Shown: positions 37,738-47,090, numbered from the stretch's first letter. The stretch is DNA of 52,081 bases from Williamwhitmania sp. (GCA_035530955.1 DATKTT010000164.1:1-52081); one strand, 5' to 3'. Notes: generated by a model not told the origin, from the letters alone. Numbers and translations: made by a program.

Positions 37738-37752
37738 ATTCCTAACTCGACG
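37738..37752. repeat. 15-bp direct repeat ATTCCTAACTCGACG, right of the cassette
   Basis: Identical to 35718-35732. Confidence 0.8.
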
Positions 37753-38072
37753 ATTCAACGAAATACTTATGAATAGTATTCCAGCATCACTTAATTGAAA
37801 TAACTGCGACAAGTCGTTTATTTTTCGCTTTTCAGTTCGTATAATAAAGTGAATAAGGGATAAATAACGGCCTATTTCCTTTGCGATGGCATTAAAAATG
37901 CCATAAGTCAATTTTTACTTGTTTGTCTTATATGAAGACAGCTACTTTACGAAGTGTGAAGGGGCTTTTTTCTGCCTTTTTGAATTAAAGTGGCTGAAAG
38001 AATAAAAGAAGATGACTTGTAAAAGAGATTTTACTTTCCCTTGCTCTTTTTGGGTTATTCTTTTCACGTTTC

Positions 38073-38090
38073 TTGTAACTGTATTGTAAC
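38073..38090. repeat. Putative integrase arm-type sites TTGTAACTGTATTGTAAC
   Basis: Matches 18871-18888. Confidence 0.6.
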
Positions 38091-38100
38091 CCTTAAAAGG

Positions 38101-38136
38101 AAAGACCCTTGAGAAACAGTGTTCTCAAGGGTCTTT
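38101..38136 (-). terminator. Element-supplied hairpin/terminator downstream of tRNA-fMet
   Basis: AAAGACCCTTGAGAA-acagtg-TTCTCAAGGGTCTTT stem abutting the att site. Confidence 0.7.
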
Positions 38137-38137
38137 T

Positions 38138-38152
38138 TAGTAGCGGGGACAG
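38138..38152. repeat. att site overlapping the tRNA 3' end
   Basis: TAGTAGCGGGGACAG, identical to 18742-18756. Confidence 0.93.
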
Positions 38153-38213
38153 GACTCGAACCTGTGGCCTTTGGGTTATGAGCCCAACGAGCTACCAACT
38201 GCTCCACCCCGCA
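38141..38213 (-). tRNA. tRNA-Met(CAT), initiator type; CCA not encoded
   Basis: TGCGGGGTGGAGCAGTTGGTAGCTCGTTGGGCTCATAACCCAAAGGCCACAGGTTCGAGTCCTGTCCCCGCTA; 1:72 mismatch and three G-C pairs in the anticodon stem. Confidence 0.96.
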
Positions 38214-38303
38214 ATATATCGTTTTCAATAAAATCAGAACCTTTTAAGCTGCATCGACACCATCTTCCTCAATCACCCCGAAACCATTTTGTCAAGTGCG
38301 GTG

Positions 38304-38335
38304 CAAAAGTAGCATACTTTTTTGGTGATTGCAAA
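38304..38335 (-). promoter_or_regulatory. Sigma-A promoter of the tRNA
   Basis: Minus strand TTTG (38335-38332), 20-nt spacer, TACTTTTG (38311-38304). Confidence 0.65.
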
Positions 38336-38448
38336 CTATTGAACGCTTTTTTCAAAATAAGCATACTGTTTTAAAGGCATTCGGCTCACCAATAGCACGC
38401 AAACATTTTTTAAACTACTTTTGTTTCTACTTACAAACTGGAATTACT

Positions 38449-38835
38449 ATGCCACGAGTTTTTAAACCGGTAGACATCAGCCAGGAGGAGAAGGAGCTGA
38501 TGAAGGACTACTTCGACAGACATACTCCCTTTATTTTTTGCGACGACTCCGTTAAAAAAGGTGAAAAGTTGAAGGTGAAGGTTACCCTAGGTAATGAGTA
38601 TAAACACCCGGATGATTACGATCACTTTATCAGCACCTTGCAGCTTTGGAACAGGGAGACACTGATGGCTCAGATACACTACACTCCGGGTACATTTGGT
38701 AATCAACCTACCCACGTGGAGGTCGATTTTTATGTGGCTGCCAACGTAAGCATGAACCTTACAGCAATGGCCGTATGCACAAAGCATGGGCTCTGGCAGA
38801 GTGAGGAGAAGTATGTGAAGGTGGTTCAGGACTAG
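38449..38835 (+). CDS. Desulfoferrodoxin/1Fe superoxide-reductase-family protein
   Basis: DRHTP, HPDDYDHFI, CTKHGLW (4 His + Cys iron site); ATG 38449 preferred. Confidence 0.82.
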   Translation: MPRVFKPVDISQEEKELMKDYFDRHTPFIFCDDSVKKGEKLKVKVTLGNEYKHPDDYDHFISTLQLWNRETLMAQIHYTPGTFGNQPTHVEVDFYVAANVSMNLTAMAVCTKHGLWQSEEKYVKVVQD

Positions 38836-38905
38836 GTTAAAGGCGATTGCTTTCCCCTATTCTAAATTAAAGTTTCTATATTTGTGGGATTGCATTCGAA
38901 ATAAC

Positions 38906-39766
38906 ATGACTCAAAAGGATCCAAAGCGCTATTTATCCAAGCTTAAAAATAAGTACCGCTTCAGCATTTACAACGATCAGACCTTTGAGGAGGTTTGGTT
39001 TTTTCGCCTTTCAAGATTAAACGTGATAGCGTTTTTGGGTGGCTCTTCTTTCCTTCTTATTGCGCTGGTTACAGTGTTGATAGCGTTTACTCCCCTGCGT
39101 GAGTTTATTCCGGGCTACCCCGATACCAATACTCGAAGAGCAATTGTGGAGAATGCCCTTAAGGTGGATTCGCTACAGCAGCAACTCGACCACTGGCAGA
39201 AATACCTCACCTCTCTTAAGGCTATTATGAATGGTGAAAACCCGCCAGTATTGCTATCTAAGAGGGATACCACCATACATCCCAAGGATATTGTTTTTAA
39301 AAAATCGCTTGACGATTCGCTGCTTCGTAGCCAAATTGAGGAAAAAGAGCAATACAACCTTTCGGTAACAAACAACTCCATGGAAAATACCGTCAAGGGG
39401 ATGCACTTTTTCCCACCTGTAAGAGGGGTAGTTACCAACTCCTTCAACATTGCTAGCGGCCACTTTGGTACCGACATTGCCTCCTCGCCAAACGAGGTGG
39501 TGGTAGCCACGCTCGACGGCACAGTAACCATGGCTGCATGGACCTTGGAAACTGGATATGTTATTCAAATACAGCATGCTGGGAATCTGCTCTCCGTATA
39601 CAAGCACAACTCTAAGCTGCTGAAGAAGCCAGGAGCACATGTTAAGGCTGGGGAGGCCATTGCCATTATTGGGAACAGCGGTGAGCTTACCACTGGACCA
39701 CATCTGCACTTTGAACTTTGGTATAACGGCACTCCAGTCGACCCCGAAAAGTATATTGTTTTTTAA
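38906..39766 (+). CDS. M23 family metallopeptidase
   Basis: HFGTD, YKHN, TGPHLHFE; TATATTTG promoter at 38877-38884 supports ATG 38906. Confidence 0.92.
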   Translation: MTQKDPKRYLSKLKNKYRFSIYNDQTFEEVWFFRLSRLNVIAFLGGSSFLLIALVTVLIAFTPLREFIPGYPDTNTRRAIVENALKVDSLQQQLDHWQKYLTSLKAIMNGENPPVLLSKRDTTIHPKDIVFKKSLDDSLLRSQIEEKEQYNLSVTNNSMENTVKGMHFFPPVRGVVTNSFNIASGHFGTDIASSPNEVVVATLDGTVTMAAWTLETGYVIQIQHAGNLLSVYKHNSKLLKKPGAHVKAGEAIAIIGNSGELTTGPHLHFELWYNGTPVDPEKYIVF

Positions 39767-39789
39767 GCATTCGAAAGATTTTATTGGGA

Positions 39790-40956
39790 ATGAGAAAACG
39801 CTTGGCTATTCTGGGTTCTACCGGTTCTATAGGAACTCAGGCGCTGGATGTGGTTCGTTCCCATCCTGAGCGGTTTGAGGTGGTTGTCCTTACGGCCAAC
39901 AACAACATTGACCTGCTGGTGCTGCAGGCTATTGAATTTTTGCCCAAGGTGGTTGTGATTGCCAATGAGGCAAAGTATGAGCGCGTTCGTGATGCGCTCA
40001 TGGCTATGCCCATTGAGGTTTTGACCGGTGCCAGTGCAATTGGTCAGGCCGCGGCCATGCCCGAGGTAGATATGGTGCTAGCCGCAATGGTGGGATTTTC
40101 GGGTCTACTGCCAACCATTGAAGCTATAAAAGCAGGGAAACAAATTGCGCTAGCAAATAAGGAGACCTTGGTGGTTGCCGGTGAAATTGTAACTGGGTTG
40201 GCTCGCCAGTATGGGGTAGACCTGCTGCCGGTTGATTCGGAGCATTCTGCCATCTTTCAATGCCTGATGGGTGAAACGGGTGGTGTAGAAAAGTTGATTC
40301 TTACTGCTTCTGGCGGACCATTTCGTTCGCTAACGGCTCAGCAGCTGCGTAGCGTTACCCGATGTGATGCGCTAAAGCATCCCAACTGGTGCATGGGAAA
40401 TAAGATTACGATTGATTCGGCCACCCTAATGAACAAGGGTTTTGAAGTAATTGAGGCCAAGTGGCTCTTTGGAGTTGAACCATCGGACATTGAGGTTGTT
40501 GTTCACCCTCAGTCTATCATTCACTCCATGGTGCAGTTTAAGGACGGCTCCATTAAGGCTCAAATGGGTATCCCCGACATGAAGTTGCCCATTCAGCTAG
40601 CCTTTGCATACCCTGAGCGGCTTTCGTTGGGATCGGATAGGTTCGATTTTTTCAAGGGCGATGGATTGACGTTTGAAAAGCCCGATATGGAAAAATTCCC
40701 TTGCCTACAGCTAGCTTATAATTCGTTGCAGCAAGGGGGTAACATGCCGTGTATACTCAATGGTGCCAACGAGGTGGCCGTGCAGGCATTTTTAGAAGAA
40801 CGGATTAGCTTTCTCGATATTCCACGAATTGTGGAAAAAACGCTGGAACGGGTTGCCTTTATGGCCAATCCTTCGGTGGATGATTACTGCAGCATCGATG
40901 CCGAGGCTCGTATGGTAGCCATGGAGGTGATGCAGAATTTGGTTAGTAAACTATAG
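39790..40956 (+). CDS. dxr: 1-deoxy-D-xylulose-5-phosphate reductoisomerase
   Basis: LGSTGSIG, LANKE, PVDSEH, TASGGPF, HPNW.MG.KITIDSAT. Confidence 0.98.
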   Translation: MRKRLAILGSTGSIGTQALDVVRSHPERFEVVVLTANNNIDLLVLQAIEFLPKVVVIANEAKYERVRDALMAMPIEVLTGASAIGQAAAMPEVDMVLAAMVGFSGLLPTIEAIKAGKQIALANKETLVVAGEIVTGLARQYGVDLLPVDSEHSAIFQCLMGETGGVEKLILTASGGPFRSLTAQQLRSVTRCDALKHPNWCMGNKITIDSATLMNKGFEVIEAKWLFGVEPSDIEVVVHPQSIIHSMVQFKDGSIKAQMGIPDMKLPIQLAFAYPERLSLGSDRFDFFKGDGLTFEKPDMEKFPCLQLAYNSLQQGGNMPCILNGANEVAVQAFLEERISFLDIPRIVEKTLERVAFMANPSVDDYCSIDAEARMVAMEVMQNLVSKL

Positions 40957-40967
40957 AAGATGAAAAT

Positions 40968-42296
40968 ATGAGCATGGAAATTTGGACAAAGGTCGCGCAG
41001 TTTTTTCTGAGCCTCTCCCTACTGGTTATTCTTCACGAACTTGGACACTTTACGCTTGCCAAGCTTTTTAAGACTCGTGTTGAAAAATTTTACCTCTTTT
41101 TTGACCCTTGGTTTTCGCTGTTTAAGTTTAAGCGTGGCGATACCGAGTACGGGGTAGGTTGGCTACCGCTGGGTGGTTACGTGAAAATCTCGGGGATGAT
41201 TGACGAGTCGATGGATACCGAGCAGCTGAAGTCGGATCCGGAACCATGGGAGTTCCGTGCAAAGCCAACTTGGCAGCGATTGCTAATTATGATTGGCGGA
41301 GTGGTTGTAAATTTTTTACTGGCCTTTGTTATCTACAGCATGGTGCTCTACACTTGGGGCGATGAATTTCTGGCGAATAAGGATGTAACATACGGTATTG
41401 CGGTTGATTCTACAGCGCAAAAGTTGGGTCTGCAGAATGGTGATAAAATTCTCAATGTTGGTGGGGTTGAAGTTAAAAACTTTCAGCACATTGTTGCCGA
41501 TATTGTTTTGGACCAGGCTGATTACGTGGATGTTGAAAGAGATGAGAGAGTTGTAAAACTCCCTATTTCAGAGGCAATGCGAGCAGCAATGATGAGCAAG
41601 CAGCCCATTATTGCTCCACGAATCCCACTAGTGGTTGATGAAATTAAGAAGAAGTCTCCTGCCGCTACAGCTGGGTTAAAAAGTGGTGATAAAGTTGTAG
41701 GTGTTGATTCGTTAAAAGCTCAATACTATGATGAGTTTAGCGATTATGTGTTAAGCCACAAAGGAAAGCAGGTTACGGTGAATGTTGACCGTGCTGGAAA
41801 ACAACTTGCAATTCCTGTTACTATTGGTAAGGATGGCATTATTGGTGTTTACTTCGACACTAACCTAGAGAAGTTTTTTCACATTAGCGTTGAACACTAC
41901 ACCTTCTGGGCCTCTATACCAGCCGGAATTAAGAAGGGCTATTCCGTTATCGGCAGCTACCTCAAGCAGCTGAAGCTGCTGGCTAGCCCCCAAACAGGTG
42001 CCTACAAGTCGCTGGGCGGATTTATTACCATTGGCAAGATTTTCCCCGGAACTTGGGATTGGGAGGCATTTTGGAATATGACAGGTCTCCTGAGCATTGT
42101 TTTGGCAATTATGAATATTCTGCCCATACCTGCATTGGATGGTGGCCACGTGCTGTTTCTTCTTTATGAGATGGTGACTGGAAGAAAACCCGGTGATAAA
42201 TTTTTGGAGTATGCCCAAATCACTGGTATGGTGTTGCTGTTTGCCCTGCTTCTTTTTGCCAACGGGAACGATATTTTAAAACTATTTCAGCATTAG
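40968..42296 (+). CDS. rseP: RIP metalloprotease RseP
   Basis: HELGH, LPLGGYV, two PDZ domains, NILPIPALDGGH. Confidence 0.96.
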   Translation: MSMEIWTKVAQFFLSLSLLVILHELGHFTLAKLFKTRVEKFYLFFDPWFSLFKFKRGDTEYGVGWLPLGGYVKISGMIDESMDTEQLKSDPEPWEFRAKPTWQRLLIMIGGVVVNFLLAFVIYSMVLYTWGDEFLANKDVTYGIAVDSTAQKLGLQNGDKILNVGGVEVKNFQHIVADIVLDQADYVDVERDERVVKLPISEAMRAAMMSKQPIIAPRIPLVVDEIKKKSPAATAGLKSGDKVVGVDSLKAQYYDEFSDYVLSHKGKQVTVNVDRAGKQLAIPVTIGKDGIIGVYFDTNLEKFFHISVEHYTFWASIPAGIKKGYSVIGSYLKQLKLLASPQTGAYKSLGGFITIGKIFPGTWDWEAFWNMTGLLSIVLAIMNILPIPALDGGHVLFLLYEMVTGRKPGDKFLEYAQITGMVLLFALLLFANGNDILKLFQH

Positions 42297-42315
42297 AATG
42301 CCAATTGCATTTATT

Positions 42316-42348
42316 GAAATCCCGGAAATATTTCCGGGATTTCTTTTT
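42316..42348 (+). terminator. Terminator after rseP
   Basis: Perfect 28-bp palindrome GAAATCCCGGAAATATTTCCGGGATTTC followed by a T-run. Confidence 0.75.
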
Positions 42349-42458
42349 AAGCATCTGCAATGGTAATGGCTGATTATAAGTTAACTTGGGTTAATCTGTA
42401 TTGTGTAGGTTGGCAATTCAATGCCTTCTTAGTAACTTGCCCATGATTTGATTTCGAC

Positions 42459-43745
42459 ATGAGATATAGGTTTCGATATGGGGTGTTGGCCTTTAGCGTT
42501 TTTGCGCTTATGGCAATGGACGGTAAAGCGAAAACAGCCCCACTTATTAAGCACAAGGGCAACCAGGTTGCCGACAGGGTGATTGCCGCACTGGATAGTT
42601 TATCACGACTCAACTTATTTGCAAAGGCTAATACGCCTACCTATCAGATCAAGCCCAGCTATCTTATCCCCGATCTTGCCATTGAATATAAGCTGGCTGC
42701 CCTAGATAATACCACCCCAGTAGGAATGGACTTTACACCTGATGTAAAGAGGTATATCCAGCTCTTTACCGTGGATAGGCGTGACGACTTTGCCAAGATT
42801 CTTGGCTTGGCACGGCTTTACTTTCCAGTATTTGATGAATATCTCGATCGCTATCACTTACCACTTGAACTGAAGTATCTTGCCATTGTGGAGTCGGCTC
42901 TAAATCCGTTGGCAGTGTCGTCGAGCGGGGCGGTTGGCTTATGGCAGTTTAAGATAAACACGGCAAGGATGCTCAACCTAAACGTCACCACCTACGTTGA
43001 CGAACGCATGGACGTTTACAAATCCACCGATGCTGCCTGCCGTTATTTGCAGTATTTATACCGCATTTTTAAGGATTGGCACTTGGCACTTGCGGCATAC
43101 AACGGAGGACCGGGTGCTGTTCGTAATGCCATTTTAAGAAGCGGTGGCGAAACCAACTTCTGGAAGTTGCTACCATACCTACCCGAACCTACCCGAAATT
43201 ACATTCCAGCCTTTATTGCTGCTACCTTCGTAGCGAAGAATTTTTCTGACTTTGATATTGAGCCTGTTGACCCTCTCTTTACCTACAGTGGGGTGGACAC
43301 CGTTCAGGTGTATGGTGGTTTTTATCTCGACGGAGTAAAAAAATTCACCAATACCGATATGGAATTGTTACGATTTCTGAATCCTTCATTCCGAACTGGC
43401 TACATTCCGGAGAGTGGAGAATTTTATACGCTTGTGCTTCCACATACCGCCGTTAAGAATTTTTTCTTGAGTAGCAAGGAGGTTTATGCGTTCACGCCAG
43501 CATCAAAGATTATGTCTAATTTGGGTAGTAGTACAGGCGAAACTAGTGGGAAGCAGCAATTTACGTATGTAGTTCGCAGTGGCGATTACTACCACAAGTT
43601 GGCGCTTACCTTCGGCTGCACAGTTGATGATATTATGGCATGGAATCCTAATGCTGGAGAGGAACTTGCCATTGGTGATAAGCTGCAAATTTGGGCAGAC
43701 TCTGTTTTAGTTGCTAGGTTTAATGCAATTGGTGGGATTAAATGA
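42459..43745 (+). CDS. MltD-like lytic transglycosylase with LysM
   Basis: LAIVESAL, GAVGLWQF, DERMD, LAAYNGG, C-terminal LysM (YVVRSGD). Confidence 0.9.
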   Translation: MRYRFRYGVLAFSVFALMAMDGKAKTAPLIKHKGNQVADRVIAALDSLSRLNLFAKANTPTYQIKPSYLIPDLAIEYKLAALDNTTPVGMDFTPDVKRYIQLFTVDRRDDFAKILGLARLYFPVFDEYLDRYHLPLELKYLAIVESALNPLAVSSSGAVGLWQFKINTARMLNLNVTTYVDERMDVYKSTDAACRYLQYLYRIFKDWHLALAAYNGGPGAVRNAILRSGGETNFWKLLPYLPEPTRNYIPAFIAATFVAKNFSDFDIEPVDPLFTYSGVDTVQVYGGFYLDGVKKFTNTDMELLRFLNPSFRTGYIPESGEFYTLVLPHTAVKNFFLSSKEVYAFTPASKIMSNLGSSTGETSGKQQFTYVVRSGDYYHKLALTFGCTVDDIMAWNPNAGEELAIGDKLQIWADSVLVARFNAIGGIK

Positions 43746-44779
43746 AAAATTTAAAAATGACATATAGTATGAAACGAATTCCTTGGTTACTAGTTTTAGC
43801 CATTCTTCTGTCAGTAGGTGGCTGTAAGGAGGGGAAGAAGGGACAAAACTTGCTTCCTAATCCACTTGGAAAGGCTGGCGAGGTTATGGTCGTTCTTGAG
43901 AAGAGCGGTGGTGATGTTGATACCCTTTGGAGTACGTTGAAATCGGTGCTCACCGCTGAGTTTCCGTATCTCCCCCAATCTGAGCCACTGTTTGACGTGG
44001 TAAAGCTTCCACCTCAAAATTTCAATAGCGTTAGAGGATATCGTAATATCATTTTCATCAAAATTGATAATAAAATCTATCCAGAAAGCAAAATTCTGCT
44101 GCGCTACGACGTTTGGGCATCGCCACAGCTGGTAATGACGCTGGTTGGTCCAACACCGCTGGCAGTTGCAAACTACATTAGTAAGGAAAAGGATAGGGTA
44201 GTGGGTATTTTAGAGCAGGCCGAGCGCGATAGGCAGATGGCAATCAACACACGATACTCGGATCAGCGACTCGATCTATTAATTAAGCAGAAGTTTGGCA
44301 TATCTCTTACTATCCCTAACGGCTACAAGCTAAATCGGAATGCCGATAATTTTGTTTGGATGTCGAGTGAAACTCCTTTTACAAGTCAGGGCATTTTTGT
44401 TTATGCCTATCCTTACACCAGCGATAGCACCTTTACCGAGAAATATCTGGTGGATAAGCGTGATTTCTTTACCAAAAAGTATATTCCCGGTCCAAGCAAT
44501 GGTTCCTATATGATCACTGGGCATTTCTATGAGCCTAAGGTAACTCCGTTGATGTATAAGGGACGCTACTTTGCTATGGTTCGTGGATTATGGGAGGTGA
44601 AAAACGATTTCATGGGTGGCCCCTTCGTAAGCCTTACAACTCTCGATGAGAAGCACAATAAGGTTATTACTGTAGGAGCCTATGTTTATGCTCCAAAGGA
44701 TGAAAAGCGAAACTTCGTGCGTCAGATGGAGGCTATCCTATTTTCATTTTCTTTAGCCGATAGCACTTCGGCAAAGTAA
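43742..44779 (+). CDS. DUF4837 family lipoprotein
   Basis: Lipobox VGGC, LPQSEPLF, RGLWEV..DFMGGPFVS, YAP..KRN. Confidence 0.85.
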   Translation: MKNLKMTYSMKRIPWLLVLAILLSVGGCKEGKKGQNLLPNPLGKAGEVMVVLEKSGGDVDTLWSTLKSVLTAEFPYLPQSEPLFDVVKLPPQNFNSVRGYRNIIFIKIDNKIYPESKILLRYDVWASPQLVMTLVGPTPLAVANYISKEKDRVVGILEQAERDRQMAINTRYSDQRLDLLIKQKFGISLTIPNGYKLNRNADNFVWMSSETPFTSQGIFVYAYPYTSDSTFTEKYLVDKRDFFTKKYIPGPSNGSYMITGHFYEPKVTPLMYKGRYFAMVRGLWEVKNDFMGGPFVSLTTLDEKHNKVITVGAYVYAPKDEKRNFVRQMEAILFSFSLADSTSAK

Positions 44780-44780
44780 A

Positions 44781-44810
44781 AAAAAGGCCGGATGAAAGTC
44801 CGGCCTTTTT
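44781..44810. terminator. Bidirectional terminator between convergent genes
   Basis: AAAAAGGCCGGA-tgaaag-TCCGGCCTTTTT. Confidence 0.85.
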
Positions 44811-44828
44811 ATTGAAAGTTATTGTTGC

Positions 44829-45647
44829 TTAATCGTCGTCTTCATTCGCTGCTGCAGACGTAGACTTGGTTGCGCTACGAATAATGCCTCTCTTGGAATT
44901 TTTTACGAAGTTCACAATGTAATCTCTATCTGGGTTTGACGGCATATTCTCCTCAATCCACTGAATACCCTGTGAAACATTCATCCCCTTCTGATAAATG
45001 GAGCGGAATATCTCATGAATTTCATTCACCTTTTCGGGGTTGAAACCTCTTCGGCGAAGACCAATAATGTTTAGTCCAACGTAGGCAAGGGGGTCTTTTC
45101 CTGCCTTCACGTAGGGAGGTACATCTTTCCTAACCAACCCACCACCGGAAATCATTACATAGGAGCCAATACGGACGAACTGATGAACCAGAACATGTGC
45201 GCTGAGGATCGCAAAATCGTCAATCTCTACCTCTCCAGCAAGCTGGGTTCCATTGCCAATAATAACGCTGTTGCCAACAATGCAGTCATGGGCTACATGA
45301 ACGTAAGCCATGAGTAGGCAATTGCTTCCAACTACAGTCTTAGCCCGTGCGGCAGTTCCTCTGTTCACGGTAACACACTCCCGGATAGTTGTATTGTCGC
45401 CAATTTCTACAACCGACACCTCTCCTTTGAACTTAAGGTCTTGAGGGATTGCACCTAAAACGGCACCGGGGAAAATCCGGCAGTTTTTGCCAATCTTCAC
45501 GTAGTCGAAAATGGTTACGTTTGGGCCAATCCAAGTGCCTTCACCAATCTCAACCTTTTGGCTGATGTAGGAAAATGGTTCTACCACCACATTTGCACCA
45601 AGCTTGGCTTCAGGATGTATGTATGCCTGCGGCTGATTCATACTCAA
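44829..45647 (-). CDS. lpxA: UDP-GlcNAc O-acyltransferase LpxA
   Basis: Hexapeptide repeats, PQDLKF, HVAHDC, HQF, GLRRRGF. Confidence 0.97.
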   Translation of the reverse strand: MSMNQPQAYIHPEAKLGANVVVEPFSYISQKVEIGEGTWIGPNVTIFDYVKIGKNCRIFPGAVLGAIPQDLKFKGEVSVVEIGDNTTIRECVTVNRGTAARAKTVVGSNCLLMAYVHVAHDCIVGNSVIIGNGTQLAGEVEIDDFAILSAHVLVHQFVRIGSYVMISGGGLVRKDVPPYVKAGKDPLAYVGLNIIGLRRRGFNPEKVNEIHEIFRSIYQKGMNVSQGIQWIEENMPSNPDRDYIVNFVKNSKRGIIRSATKSTSAAANEDDD

Positions 45648-45651
45648 TATT

Positions 45652-47049
45652 TTAGTTTTTTATCTTGGTAATTTGAGCGGTGAGTTCTCCCTCCAATACG
45701 AGTGTGTCACCAACGTATGCTTGCCCAAACATGCTTGCAATACCGCGACGAATGGGTTCAATAAACTCTAACTTAAATATAAGAGTATCACCTGGAACTA
45801 CCTTACGTTTAAATTTAACACGGTCAATTTTGAGGAAGTAGGTGAGATAGTTTTCGGGGTCGGGAACGGAGTTGAGAACAAGAATTCCTCCAACTTGAGC
45901 CATAGACTCTACTTGAAGTACACCTGGCATAACTGGTTCATCTGGAAAGTGACCAATAAAGAATCCTTCATTCATGGTCACGTTTTTCACACCCACAACC
46001 GAGCGCTCATCCATGGAGATAATTTTGTCGATTAGGAGAAATGGCGGGCGATGGGGCAGAATCTTCTGAATCTGCATTATGTTGAGCAGTGGTTGCTGGT
46101 TGAGGTCATACTCTGGAGCCGAACCCTTGAGTGCCTCTCTGCGAGCCATCTTTTTCAGCACCTTGGCAAACTCCGTATTGGCATGATGCCCGGGCCTAAT
46201 GGCCACAATTTTCCCTTTTATTGGCTGGCCTGTAAGGGCTAGGTCACCAACCATATCAAGCAGCTTATGACGTGCAGGCTCATTCTGGAACCGGAGGTCT
46301 AGGTTATTCAAAAACCCTTCGGGCTTAACATGAATCCTTGGCTTGTTGAAGAGATCTGCAATCCTGTCGAGCTCAACTTGGGGAACCTCTCTCTCCATAA
46401 TCACAATGGCATTCTCCAAATCGCCTCCCTTAATGAGGTTGTTTTTGAGGAGGAATTCCAATTCATGGAAGAAAACAAATGTTCTGCAGGGACCAATTTC
46501 CTCATTGAATTCACTTACACTCCGCATGCGAGCATACTGGTTACCGAGCACCTTCGAGTTGTAGTCGATCAACACATCAACCTTGAGCTCATCGTCTGGA
46601 TAGGCAACGATTTCAATATTGCCTTTGGGATCGGTGAAAACTATCTTCTCTTTAATTACAAAGTAGTTTCTATCGGCATTCTGCTCAACGGTACCCACCT
46701 TCTGAATGGCCTCCACAAAGTATTTGGAGCTACCATCCATGATGGGGGTTTCAGGAGCATTTACCTTGATAATGGCATTATCGATGCCATTGCCCACAAG
46801 CGATGCCATAACGTGTTCGATGGTGCTAACCCTTACTCCGTTTTTTTCGATGGTTGTTCCTCGAGAGGTATCCACAACATAGTCGGCCAGAGCTTCCAAA
46901 ACGGGTTCGCCCTCCAAATCGGTGCGTAAAAATTTTATTCCGTAGTTTTCCTCAGCTGGGCAAATGGTGAGCTCAACTTGAAGGCCGGTATGTAGGCCCT
47001 TTCCCTTAAGGGTTACAGGCTCCTTTATTGTCTTTTGTTTATCTGCCAT
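45652..47049 (-). CDS. lpxC: Bifunctional LpxC-FabZ
   Basis: GLHTG, TIEH, HKLLD (LpxC); LPHRPPFL, GHFP..PVMPGVL (FabZ); ATG 47049 preferred. Confidence 0.97.
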   Translation of the reverse strand: MADKQKTIKEPVTLKGKGLHTGLQVELTICPAEENYGIKFLRTDLEGEPVLEALADYVVDTSRGTTIEKNGVRVSTIEHVMASLVGNGIDNAIIKVNAPETPIMDGSSKYFVEAIQKVGTVEQNADRNYFVIKEKIVFTDPKGNIEIVAYPDDELKVDVLIDYNSKVLGNQYARMRSVSEFNEEIGPCRTFVFFHELEFLLKNNLIKGGDLENAIVIMEREVPQVELDRIADLFNKPRIHVKPEGFLNNLDLRFQNEPARHKLLDMVGDLALTGQPIKGKIVAIRPGHHANTEFAKVLKKMARREALKGSAPEYDLNQQPLLNIMQIQKILPHRPPFLLIDKIISMDERSVVGVKNVTMNEGFFIGHFPDEPVMPGVLQVESMAQVGGILVLNSVPDPENYLTYFLKIDRVKFKRKVVPGDTLIFKLEFIEPIRRGIASMFGQAYVGDTLVLEGELTAQITKIKN

Positions 47050-47090
47050 TACGCGGATGTTAAATTGCATTAAAATTGTGCGCAAGATAT

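Larger units (their letters stand above)
18742..38152. mobile_element. Integrative element / defence island inserted in the 3' end of tRNA-fMet (~19.4 kb)
   Basis: 15-bp direct repeat at both ends equal to the tRNA 3' end, tyrosine integrase at the left end, xis/rep/resolvase module, visibly AT-richer than the flanks. Confidence 0.93.

Noticed and set aside
37708-37911. 67-aa minus-strand ORF as an antitoxin
   Set aside because: No motif, TTG start, overlaps the PIN end and the repeat; probably spurious.
18742-38152. Prophage or conjugative transposon
   Set aside because: No recognisable capsid, portal, large terminase, tail, lysis, tra or relaxase genes.
38171-38448. ORF 38171-38374 and the long N-terminus of ORF 38329
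   Set aside because: These overlap the tRNA and its promoter; the SOR gene most likely starts at ATG 38449.
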